Source: Octopus sinensis (Eukaryota). Taken from it: 64,000 nt of DNA. Position 1 is the stretch's first letter; each line of letters opens with the position of its first letter. Location of the stretch: contig NC_042998.1 of NCBI RefSeq assembly GCF_006345805.1, positions 180,978,001 through 181,042,000 on the forward strand, read 5' to 3'. Under the pieces are notes generated by a model. It was given only the letters and a program-made list of their open reading frames with translations. It was not told the DNA's origin and made no database searches. This document shows, one piece after another, positions 51,570 to 64,000 of this stretch. The position numbers and the translations under genes were made by a program.

Positions 51570-51650
51570 GTGTCTATGTTTGTCCCCACGATCACTAGAC
51601 AACCGATCTTGCTGTATTTACGTCCCCGTAACTTTGTGAAAAAGAGTAGA
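51168..51650 (+). mobile_element. SINE family S1 with a PLE-type fragment (about 51330-51520) nested at its internal microsatellite
   Basis: S1 head 51168-51330 and body 51568-51650 separated by an unrelated HHR-bearing segment and (TA)n. Confidence 0.7.
51386..51427 (+). ncRNA. Minimal hammerhead motif (PLE-type, dimer-dependent)
   Basis: AUGUUU-CUGACGA-AGAACUCCGCUC-GAAAC-GUU-AAAUCAU; core intact, one stem II mismatch, ACGU palindromic stem III. Confidence 0.55.
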
Positions 51651-52199
51651 CATGCTCATGTTTGGTTACGATCGTGTTGCAAAGTTATGCAAAATATGCA
51701 TAGATGTATTTGAGATTTTGTCTGTGTGAGTATGTGTGTACGAGGCGTGTGAATGAGCTTGTGTTTGTACATGCACCCATATATGTGTGCGCGCACGTCT
51801 GCGTGTTTGAGAGAGTGATTGTGAGGTGGAAAAGGAAACTGAAGTATTGATAGTAAACGGAAAGCCTACCTAACATTTCTTTCATTTCAATAAGTTGGGA
51901 AAAGGTTTATTTGTGTTTGAGCCGTTGGAACGTCGTGTTTAAATTCATTAAGGATAGCTACTTTGTCAATGTCAAATGTATTGATTTACTAAATCTAAAG
52001 ATAGGCAGATGCATTAAATTAGAGGAACTTACATTAAATGGCGAAATGCACTCATAATAGGATTGAATAAATTGAAAGCCTGGCTTGTTAAATACGCTGA
52101 TATATTATGTATATACTATGTGGTGGGTGGTTATGGATACTTAGGCCTGATATATTGCATTAGATTACTGGATATAGTGTTGAGCTATACTGGAGATAT

Positions 52200-53273
52200 T
52201 ATGTATAACATTGGAAAGAAGAATTTTTAAATGCACCTAATATATCATGTTAATGGGTAAAATGTGAGATATGTTGTTGTAATATATTGCAAGATAGATG
52301 GCGTGTGAAATACAGTTAAACTGTGATTATAATACACCCGAGACTGTTAGATATAGAGACACATCACATTCAGCGCCCTTTCTCCATACACCTTTAATCA
52401 TCAAGTATCTCAGGTGCAACTGACACGGACTTAGGTGCAACGATGAGACCTAGAATCCATCAGCTATTCCAACTACATTTCTAAGTGAAAGTAAGTCTTA
52501 TGAAGTGGAACCCTATTCTACAGCAATTTGACAAAATTTTGCAGTAGACGTTTCTAATTATCATTGTGTATTGATAAAAAATAGTTCTCAAAGTTCAACT
52601 GTTTGTAACTGCTAGTGTTGTCGTTGTTTACCCCATGGTTATGGAAACCTGTGATAAAATGTAATATATCCCTAATGATCCTACATCCTTTTCAGAGTTG
52701 GACAGTCTAGAACACACAGTGAATTACTACATCTAATATACTCTATATTCAAAAATATTCAAATGTCATTTGAAAAAGATTTGGCTGCTATTTCTATTAA
52801 GTCGTGCGGGCACATAAAACACGCCGTTGCATAAGCACATCTTTTTTACACGTCCTCGTATGTCTGCTCGCCTATAAGAGTGTTTTATTGTCGAAATGCG
52901 TGTGCATGTGTGTGCGCGTGGGTGGGTGTACGTATGTGTGTGTATGTACGTATGTCTGTGTGTGTAACGCGCACGTATTGTGTGTATGCGAATGTGTGTG
53001 TGTGTGGCTGTGTGCGTGCTTGTGTGCTCGCGCACAACCATATGGGTGTATGAATCACTGAGAAACGTAAATATCATCCGAGAGTGCTTTTCCTTCATTG
53101 CCTGAAAGTCCCGCGAGTAACATTAAGAGAGGAACATTCATTCTTCTCACCATAAACGTTTTCGCTTCATTTTTTTTTTCGTATTTTTTTAGCTTTAATA
53201 TTTCCTGTCAATGTAATGATTTAATTGAATGTACAAGCACAAACACAAACGCCTTACATACACACACATATAA

Positions 53274-53304
<31 letters not shown>

Positions 53305-54437
53305 ACATACAAACGCGCATACACACCAAGGGTGAAAGCGGGCAGAAGAGCTTCACATCCTCTATGAGTGAGAGACCTGTTACAATTGATAAGGGACACA
53401 AAACAACTTGTGAATGCATACACTGCCTGGAAGCAGCAAGGGAAGAAAACAAGGTGACTGAGGAAGATTTCCAGTTTTTAAAGACGTGTGTGTGCAAACT
53501 GTACGTATCTTGTACGCTAAATATTCCCATAAATATCTAGCCCTCTCAGATTTCTGCATCGTGATATTCATTAACCTATAATTAGCGTATAAATGCCGCA
53601 AGTACTTCTTCCGAATCACCTTCATATCTCATTTTCCTTCGCTACACGTTAAAACCTTCACTTTAGTGAATATTTCCTTACTGTCTTTCACCTAAATTAT
53701 CTCTCTTATATGTTCCCCATCTTTCCCATTTATGTCAGTTCTGATATACCACACGTATTTAGATATTTAGATACTCTGCCATGGACGTTCTATAATATTC
53801 ACGATTTAAAGCGGTATGAGACTTTGCTAGATGCTCTCACAATTATACATTGCCTCTGCTGGTATTTGTATTCAATAACATTCTGTAACTGCAAGAGTTC
53901 ATTGCTGCAGTCTACAACCAGTTTAACTGTCCACTAGAGAACAATAATGCCACTCGACCTTCTAGAGTTAGCAGACAAGTATTCCTCATATCATGTACTG
54001 CCATCCTAAAAAATGATGGACACAACACAACAGATAACAAGCAATAAAGATAATGTGGTTTTAGATAACAATAAAGATTTCGGTTCAAATTCCTTTCAAC
54101 ACGGGTCTGATAGATCCCGGTTGACCTGCATTATATTATAACAGCTGGGATAGCATCTGTAACGTTTTGTGACAGTGAACATATTTATGTATAACATTGG
54201 AAAGAATTTTTAAATGCACCTAATATACCATGTTAATGGATAAAATGTGAGATATGTTGTAATATATTGCAAGATCGATGGCGTGTGAAAATACAGTTAA
54301 ACTGTGATTATAATGCACCCGAGACTGTTAGATATAGAGACACATCACATTCAGCGACCTTGCTCCATACACCTTTAATCATCAAGTATCTCAGGTGCAA
54401 CTGACACGGACTTAGGTGCAACTATGAGACCTAGAAT
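52200..54437 (+). repeat. ~255-bp direct repeat pair (52200-52456 and 54186-54437)
   Basis: Highly similar copies about 1986 bp apart; interior is non-coding. Confidence 0.9.
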
Positions 54438-55374
54438 ATGTGTGTGTACGTGTGTCTGTGTATACAGGTTTATGGATGGGTAGATTGATTAATTGATTGA
54501 GTGATGGATGGAAAGGTTGAATGGATGGTTAGATGGATAGATAAATGTATAGATGAGTGGATGAATTGAGTGTTTCTTTGGATATAAGAGATAATGTATT
54601 CAAGGATTTTTCAGCTGTAACATCTGAATAACAATATACCTTGTCGAGAAAGTCAAGTCTCTTGTTGTTTGACGTTATAATCATAATTGTTCAGAAGTGG
54701 TGCCTTATAAACACCTCTTTAAATAAATTTGATTTGCTGTGTTTGTATAATTATCTCGATTGCCAACATTATTGAATATAAATAGAACATATGGAAAAGC
54801 CAATGAATCACTTTTTGACCTGCTGAAAAGAGAGAATCGTATTTCCTGTGACATGATAGAATTGGCCTCATTTCATAAATTTAATGTATTGTTCACACAA
54901 GACGTACCGGTTTGATATAAATTCCAATTGAATCCATTTAAATCTGATTGAATATTAATTTTCAGTCTGATATGTTTCATCAAAAATCTCGCAGCTTTCG
55001 TAAATTTGTACCATATTTTTAATAAAATTATCTAGACATGTCGCTTATGCGTTAAAAGCCAAAGTCTGTTGAACTATTACATAATCTGGTTACTCTGTTT
55101 CACTAAGCTTATTGACGAAACGTGTAATGAACCGCCTACAGGAAACACGACTATTCATTAACCCTTTTAGAGATTTCATTGAGAAAATATTCGTTTGTGT
55201 CTGAATCGCACATTAAATTTATTTGTGTTTCTAAAAATCACCGACAGCACAAAAACAAAAATTTTTTCTCAAAAACTTCATGTCTGATCTTGGAATCTCA
55301 AATTAAAATTGACACAGTACTTGAAAGACACATACACATACATATACGCGCACATACCCACGCATGCACACACA

Positions 55375-56661
<1,287 letters not shown>

Positions 56662-57064
56662 AATAATGACTCAACTAATACTGCGGAATTCCTGAAGTAG
56701 ATATAACGAAAACACACCCCAACTGTGTAAGACACCAGATTGCCCAAACTGTGACAGTGCTCTATTCAACACTTCAATATACTAATCGACATATATCCAT
56801 TGGTTCAAAAATATTAAGTGTGTGTGTATGTGTGTGTGTGGGTGTAAGACAGAGAGAGAGTGTGTGTGTGAGACAGAGAGAGTGTGTGTGTGTCTTTGTG
56901 TTCAATTATTCCGGGTCGTTATTAAAGACTAAAGATTACCGATTTTATCCAGGGCGGAACATCGTGATCAGAGAAATAGTAGCGCGAATAGTAATAATTG
57001 TAGTAATGGTCCTAATAATTATAGAAATACTAATGAAATAACTATTTGCAACAATGAGAGTATG

Positions 57065-57155
57065 AGCAGCAACAATAACATTTACAACAATAATGAGAGC
57101 AACGACAACAGCATCAACGACAACAACAACGACGATAATAATAATAATGATGATG

Positions 57156-57219
<64 letters not shown>

Positions 57220-57233
57220 TGATGATGATGATG

Positions 57234-57285
<52 letters not shown>

Positions 57286-57517
57286 TGATGATGATGATGA
57301 TGATGATTTCCAAATTTTGGCACAAGGCCAGCAATTTCGGGGGAGTGGATAAGTCGATTACAGCGACCCCAGTGCTCAACCTGTTTTTATTTTTATCGAT
57401 CCCGAAAGGATGAAAGAAAGGCAAAGTAGACTTCGGCGGAATTAGAACTCAGAAAGTAAAGACAGACGAAATGCATTTTGCCCAGCGTGCTAAATAATAA
57501 TAATAATGATGATAATG

Positions 57518-57571
<54 letters not shown>

Positions 57572-57627
57572 TAATAATAATGATAATAATAATAATAATA
57601 ATAATAATAATATAATAATAATAATGA

Positions 57628-57658
<31 letters not shown>

Positions 57659-57738
57659 AAGAAGAAGAAGAAGAAGAGAAGAAGAAGAAGAAGAAGAAGA
57701 AGAAGAAGAAGAAGAAGAAGAAGAAGAAGAAGAAGAAG
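57065..57738. repeat. (AAT/GAT)n and (GAA)n tracts with an S2 SINE remnant (about 57310-57493, minus)
   Basis: Direct reading. Confidence 0.85.
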
Positions 57739-57894
57739 ATTTCTTTCTACTATAGGTACAGGGCCTGAACTTTTCTTCTCTTTTTGGTGAAGGGTATATT
57801 CGATTGTATTGCTCAAATGGTACTTATTTCATCATTCCTGAAGATAGCAGGAACTGAGCAATTCCAAGAGAACGTTTAGTGGTGCGAATGGTGA

Positions 57895-58240
57895 AATTTT
57901 TAAAGATGGAATTCAAAAATAGAGGCGCCTGTCCTTTGGATAACGAGAGCCTCTGTAAAATCATTATATATAAATGCTTTGTCAAGACTGAAGGAATGGA
58001 ATATGCATATATTAGTGCAACGGCTGACTTTTGCAAAAATCGATGGCGTAACCATGTTGCCTAATTTTGTGATAGAAACAATAGAAGCAATACTTCCTTG
58101 GCGAACCTTGACTGGCATCTGATCAAAAAGGAGATTCCACACAGCATTTGCTGGTCTGTAGTAAGGACTGCATTTCAATATAACACAAAGTGTAAGTTAT
58201 GCAGTCTCTTTTTTTTTATCTGAAAGAGGTATTGTATTTC
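57895..58240 (+). pseudogene. Penelope-like element GIY-YIG endonuclease fragment
   Basis: CPLDNESLCKIIIYKCFV..YAYISATADFCKNRWRNH..F..NTSLANLDWHL..KCKLC, matching the PLE EN pattern CPL..C..IY..YIG..FK.R..NH..LS..IW..CNLC. Confidence 0.8.
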
Positions 58241-58844
58241 TTATTTAAAGACACCTGATTAATAGACATTGTTACAATAGGGTTAAGTAAACTCTCAAGA
58301 AGTTGCGAAGATTTCTAAAGGGACCTTGTAACAACGCATTTCGAGTATATATATCATCAGCATGGAATGACTTTTTCTGAAAAATATGATCCATTAATTA
58401 ATGATATATTCATGAGAGTGTCCGCTTATGTAGCAGGATATCTCAAGTATTTATTTGTAACGGAACATTCTACACGTTTGAAAATTTGATTAAGTCATTT
58501 GGAAAGAATTTAGGAAAGACATTTTTTTTTTCTTTTTTCGTTTTCATCTTTGTGCATATAAGCAAATTTAAGATCATTTAAATCTGTAATGCAGTGAGGG
58601 GGGCAGAATTGTTATCGCGCTAGATAACATGCTCAGTGCGCATTTCGTTCGTCTTTACGTTCTGAGTTCAAATTCCGTTGAGGTCGACATGTTAAAAAAA
58701 AAAAGCACCAGTTGACCTCTGGCGTTGATGTAATCAACTTATCCCTACCTCGAAGTTGTTGGCCTTGCACCAAATTCTGAAACGAAGATCATTTAAGTTT
58801 GTGTCTGCTGAAGTTTAAATTTTAATTTTCTTTTTTTCCCTGTT

Positions 58845-59258
58845 GCAGGAGTGGCTGTGTGATAAGTAGCTTGCTAACTAACCACATGGTTCCGGGTTCA
58901 GTCCCACTGCGTGGCATCTTGGGCAAGTGTCTTCTGCTATAACCCCGGGCCGACCAATGCCTTGTGAGTGGATTTGGTAGACGGAAACTGAAAGAAGCCT
59001 GTCGTATATATGTTTTTATATATGTATATGTGTATGTGTGTATGTGTTTCTGTGTCTGTGTTTGTCCCCCTAGCATTGCTTGACAACCGATGCTGGTGTG
59101 TTTACGTTCCCGTCACTTAGCGGTTCGGCAAAAGAGACCGATAGAATAAGTACTGGGCTTACAAAGAATAAGTCCCGGGGTTGATTTGCTCGACTAAAGG
59201 CGGTGCTCCAGCATGGCCGCAGTCAAATGACTGAAACAAGTAAAAGAGTAAAAGAGAG
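58845..59258 (+). mobile_element. tRNA-derived SINE, family S1, full length
   Basis: GCAGGAGTGGCTGTGTG head to (AAAAGAGT)n tail. Confidence 0.95.
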
Positions 59259-59836
59259 AGTTGCTAATTATCATATGCCACTAAATATCAATGAAATTTC
59301 TATCTTTTTTGTCTGTCTGGGTTTGCGCGTGCGGGCAATGTTTTCATATGACAGCTGGATTCTACGGTAAATATCATCTAACCCCTATGGTGCAAATTTA
59401 TCGCTGACTGCTATTAAGTGGCAGACAAAATGACTACAAAGTATCTTCATGACAGAAACTGTTGACTAAACTATAATGTATACATAATTTGTGTCTGAAA
59501 ACAAAAACGTTTTCTTTTATACTTATTTTCGAGCCATCCTTCATCTTGACCGGTCAACTCAAAACCAAGGTTGTTTTGTCTTGTTTGGCTTGTAATATGT
59601 AATGTAACCATTTGGACACGCCCAACTCAATATAGGTATAAATTATCGGTAATTCAAATGAAAGAACTCTTACGCATGATTCTGGATATCCGATCTTCAG
59701 TTTTGTGTTTTTGATCTCATGTATCAAAGGATGCGTATTGCATAATATATCAATGCTCATGAGATCAATTTTCAATAAAACTACTGTAATTCAATAAAAT
59801 AACGGACTTGTTAACTCCATTATGTTTGATTATCAG

Positions 59837-59867
<31 letters not shown>

Positions 59868-60110
59868 GATAGATAGACACATACATACATACATACATAC
59901 ATACATACATACATACATACATACATAGAGAGAGAGAAAGAGAGATGAACTGTACATATTTTTCTCTCCATTTTGTTTTGTTTGTTTTTTTTTCTTTTTC
60001 CCTTTTAATCCTTTCTGCCGAAGAGTGAAGCGTCAAATACTTTTTTTCCACTCTTCCCAGTGTTAAACTAATACACCTGTTTGTTGCTCATTCACCTGTC
60101 TTCGTCTTTT

Positions 60111-60181
<71 letters not shown>

Positions 60182-60195
60182 ACATATATATATAT

Positions 60196-60427
60196 ACCAG
60201 AGTAAACACATAAATGTGAAACAAGGTGGAAAAAAGAGTACTCAAATACCAGTGGTAGAGTAATATGCTTTATTTAAAGCAGCAGAAAATTCAACAAAAC
60301 CTGTTACTCTGAGTTTCCCGTTGCCGTTCGTCGGACAGTTTTTGTTAAAAATTGTTCGACGAACGGCAACGGGAAACTCAGAGTAACAGGTTTTGTTGAA
60401 TTTTCTGCTGCTTTAAATAAAGTATAT
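60196..60427. mobile_element. PLE-type fragment with ~80-bp fold-back, inserted in (TA)n
   Basis: Arms at about 60263-60343 and 60347-60427 are reverse complements apart from a few G.T pairs. Confidence 0.85.
60296..60342 (-). ncRNA. Hammerhead-like motif, family D (non-canonical U4C; mirror copy on + at about 60348-60395 has an additional C3U)
   Basis: AAAACUGU-CCGACGA-ACG-GCAA-CGG-GAAA-CUCAGAGU-A-ACAGGUUUU. Confidence 0.65.
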
Positions 60428-60559
60428 ATATATAAAGAATGTATTTGAGTAAAGCCAGAACAATGTGAAAAGGTACAAAATAAACTACAAATTGAAAAGG
60501 AATCAAAGTTGCAGCTTTTCCTTCTGTTTCTATATTTCGGGATTTCGGGGTGAAGACCC

Positions 60560-60770
60560 ACTTTTCAGAACTTCCGGAAACTACAAATCTGTATAAAGGA
60601 GCATATGCAGACAGATACTTCGAGAAAAGAAACACCTCAAGCAGAGCCTAACCCAAAACTTCAAAGTTTCCATCAAGGCAACCTAATGCAACAAATGCAG
60701 TCTGAGAATTATTGAAGCACTCCTTATAAAGAAATGGAAACCAGTTATTCACAAGAGGAAGGAACTATAC
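60560..60770 (+). pseudogene. Penelope-like GIY-YIG C-terminal fragment
   Basis: IKEHMQTD..KHLK..NFKV..LRIIEALLIKKWKPVIHKRKEL, resembling R..EH..KHL..F.IL..LE.L.I...KP.LN.Q.E. Confidence 0.7.
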
Positions 60771-60984
60771 GGAGCAGACTGGCTGCTATAGTAACACATG
60801 TCCGCGTAGGTCACCTTCTTCTTCCTCCCCTATCCCTCCCCCCCCCCACACACACACATACACACTTCTGAGCAACGAACTTTTTCAAACCACCCGCTTT
60901 TCCGAATGTCCTGAAGTTCTGCCTTCTTTTCAATTTATAGTTTACTTTGCACCTTCTCGCATTGTTCCGGCTTTACACAACTAC

Positions 60985-61043
<59 letters not shown>

Positions 61044-61048
<5 letters not shown>

Positions 61049-61273
61049 CTTTACTACCACAAGGGGCTAAACATAGAGAGGACAAACAAGGACAGACAAA
61101 CGGATTAAGTCGATTACATCGACCCCAGTGCGCAACTGGTACTTAATTTATCGACCCCGAAAGGATGAAAGGCAAAGTCGACCTCGGCGGAATTTGAACT
61201 CAGAACGTAACGGCAGACGAAATACGGCCACGCATTTCGCCCGGCGTGCTAACGTTTCTGCCAGCTCGCCGCC
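61044..61273 (-). mobile_element. SINE family S2, full length
   Basis: GGCGGCGAGCTGGCAGAAACGTTAGCAC head through the TAAAGAAATA tail. Confidence 0.95.
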
Positions 61274-61565
61274 TTTTATATATATATATGAGCGCGTGTG
61301 TGCATGTGTGTGTGTGCCCGCGCGCGTGTGTATGTATGTGTGTGAACGCACAACTTTAATGTTTGCAAACGAAAGAAAAGCGTAATCTGCATATGAAAAC
61401 GGTTTTACAGGATTCCATTCACCATACGGTAGTAGTGGAAACTAATTTGATTCAATCCACCTCATCACCTGGAGTTCACAATTAATGTACCTCGTAATTT
61501 CATAATTCCGGGAGAGAGTATCATTTCTCTAACGTGTATAAATGTAATAACTTTCCCATCTTCGG

Positions 61566-61898
61566 AGACCCCTTCGGTCACGACACAGACCATGGGATTG
61601 CACCTAGAAAGTTACCCTCCTAGACACAAGTCCGGGCGAGGTTGTTTATGGAAGACCACAGTCGCCCATGCATACCAGCCTCCCCTCTCCACGCCACCAG
61701 TGTTATCCAAGGGAAAGACAAAGGTCGATACAGCTTGGCACCAGTGACGTCGCAACTCATTTCTACAGCTGAGTGAACTGGAGCAACGTGAAATAAAGTG
61801 CCTTGCTCAAGGACACAACACGCAGCCCGGTCCAGGATTCGAGCTCACAACCTCACGATCGTAAGCTCGACGCTCTAACCACTGAGCCATGCGCCTTC
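61566..61898 (-). mobile_element. SINE family S4
   Basis: Reverse complement of the 33472 copy. Confidence 0.92.
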
Positions 61899-62139
61899 AC
61901 ATCTTACACTTTGATTATTAATACTATAACCGTAATCACGTTCCCAACACCCTACCAACCATCGAAACTATCGAAACGAATTTACCAGTCACTTCCCGAT
62001 GGTATTAAGAAAATAATAAGGCCCAACTCCGAACACTTTCAAAAATCTTTCCCTTCCATATCGCTACCCTTTCAGAACGGGGGAAAATTCAATACCTCTG
62101 TCACAGTTTGTCTGGAAATTCAGCAATTTAACAATGCTT

Positions 62140-62342
62140 TCTACTATAGGCACAAGGCCTGAAATTTGGCGGGAGGGAACTAGTCGATTACATCGATTCC
62201 AGTACTCGACTGGTACTTAATTCATCGACCCCAAAAGGATGAAAGACAAAGTCGACCTCAGCGGAATTTGAACTCAGAACGGACAAAATACCGCTAAGCA
62301 TTTCGTCCAGCGCGCAAAAGTTTCTGCCAGCTCGCTGCCTTT
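62140..62342 (-). mobile_element. SINE family S2
   Basis: GGCAGCGAGCTGGCAGAAAC head and Meta-like domain. Confidence 0.88.
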
Positions 62343-62768
62343 CAGCAATCTATTAATGTGAAACTTGTTAATAGACCCCTCCATATTATAATGACTAATT
62401 GAACTGAATGCTTTTACTAATTGTGAGTGGCATTGTTCAATTGTCACCACCAGAGGAGGTTTCTCTTGCAGCTTTTGGTCATCAGAAGACCTAAATTCAG
62501 AAATATTAGTTTCAGCCAGTTCCAGTTAGTTCTGTTAAGCAAGTATCCATGGTACATGGTACTTCCTTAACATACAGAGACAATTTTGGAACTAATCCGG
62601 TCATGTGACCAGCCTTAGTCAAAAAGAACCAGCTGTACACTCGCTCTAAACCTTTCACTATGTTTTCTATAAATTTGCAACATTGGTTGAAAAAATAACA
62701 ATTATTCTCTGGATTTAATTGGAATTAATCACTAATAGCTTGTTGTGTGTGCGTTTGAGTGTGAGTGT

Positions 62769-62830
<62 letters not shown>

Positions 62831-63169
62831 AGGTGTTTGTGCGTGTGTGTTTGTGTCTGTGTGTAGGCGTGTTTATGGTATATGTGTGCATATGTATTTG
62901 TGTATGCTTCTTTTCTTTTTTTCTTTTCTATTTTTAATATAGAGTGAATTTTAGCCGGTCGCTTACTTGGCTGCAAAGTTTTCAGAAAGAAAGCATCCTT
63001 TAAATATTAATGTCTTGCAGATTTTTACTTTCCCAGATGTTATTATTTGTAGTGTATGAATAAAGGTGTTGCATTCCTTCCCCAACAACCCAAGTTTATT
63101 TATACTTTGATCTACACGGGTTGATAGTTGTCATGTTGCACCAGCATTTTGGGTGCTGTACTTACAAAA

Positions 63170-63400
63170 TCCCTATCAATATTCCATAAATGTTTTCTTT
63201 ACCCTGTTTTTTGTTCGAACCACATTGGTGTCTATAGAGTAACTGATTTCTACAAGAGACTATTTTTTCATGTGATCCCACGCAACATCTGGTCGGTTGG
63301 GGTTTTTAGTAGGCAGCTGTTTCAAATTTTAAATTCCACCAATAGACTTTTGACGCATTAATCGCAATAGGGTTATCATTATCTCCTGATATATTCTTTT
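63170..63400 (-). pseudogene. Restriction-like endonuclease fragment of an R2/R4/NeSL-group retrotransposon
   Basis: KVYWWNLKFET..NRPDVAWD..VEISYSIDTNV..KENIYGIL (PD..E..K-type motif), with stops and frameshifts. Confidence 0.55.
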
Positions 63401-63554
63401 ATCTTATTTTATTCGATATTGATCTAGCTTTTGCACAACATATATCTCTTATCTGTTAAGGTTTCCTGCTTTTGTAATGTAGGAATTTAGTAGATATCTC
63501 TTGCTCTTGAAATGAATGCAGCTAGCATTCAAAATGGAGTGTCGAAAACTAGTC

Positions 63555-63639
63555 GGTACATATATATGTATATGTGGCATAATATCTATATATATATATA
63601 TATATATATATTATAGATATATATATATATATAGATAGA

Positions 63640-63681
<42 letters not shown>

Positions 63682-63684
63682 TAC

Positions 63685-63728
<44 letters not shown>

Positions 63729-63867
63729 TGATAGATAGATACTTAACTGTATATACGTATGTACGTATGTATGTATATATATATATATACATACATACGT
63801 ACGTACATACATATATATATATAGTTAAGTATCTATCTATTATATATATATATATATATATATGTTC

Positions 63868-63902
<35 letters not shown>

Positions 63903-63940
63903 CGTATGTATGCATGTATGTATGTATGTATGTATACATC
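63555..63940. repeat. TA/GATA/GACA/TATG compound microsatellite
   Basis: Direct reading. Confidence 0.95.
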
Positions 63941-64000
63941 TATCTATAGATAATCGCCATGATTGACCGCTATATCCACTAGTTTTTTTTTTCTCTCTGT

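Noticed and set aside
53325-53490. GC-richer stretch open in several frames (GESGQKSFTSS.. on +; strong acceptor on -)
   Set aside because: Strand and frame cannot be decided and no homology is recognised; left uncalled
58320-58362. Minus-strand CTGATGA..GAAA after the GIY-YIG fragment
   Set aside because: Stem I cannot form and stem II is only TA repeat
59554-59775. ORF containing KIGYP (M13 peptidase-like word)
   Set aside because: Only a five-residue match, with no other family features or splice support

Overview
This is AT-rich, microsatellite-saturated animal genomic DNA. The tRNA-derived SINE families and repeat style suggest a cephalopod, probably Octopus (inference). No host protein-coding gene can be identified; almost every ORF in the supplied track is a microsatellite translation or a transposon fragment. 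The window contains four tRNA-SINE families, several Tc1/mariner relics (one with both TIRs), Helitron-like and MITE elements, and fragments of RTE, L1/Tx1, R4/Dong-like and Penelope-like (GIY-YIG) retroelements. It also contains an (AAT)n-embedded array of a ~550-bp non-coding element. The main discovery is a set of Type I hammerhead ribozyme (HHR) repeats inserted in (TA)n tracts. The largest is a 2.7-kb head-to-head array (20533-23233) of a ~490-bp non-coding unit. Each complete unit carries a full hammerhead with an unusual ~60-nt extended stem II, making it retrozyme-like and a predicted circRNA source. A second family has a 477-bp period (28900-29840, plus a copy at 5880-6240). Two small fold-back HHR insertions (5593-5770, 60196-60427) and three degenerate minimal HHRs complete the set. 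All folds were derived by eye; activity, expression and novelty are untested.
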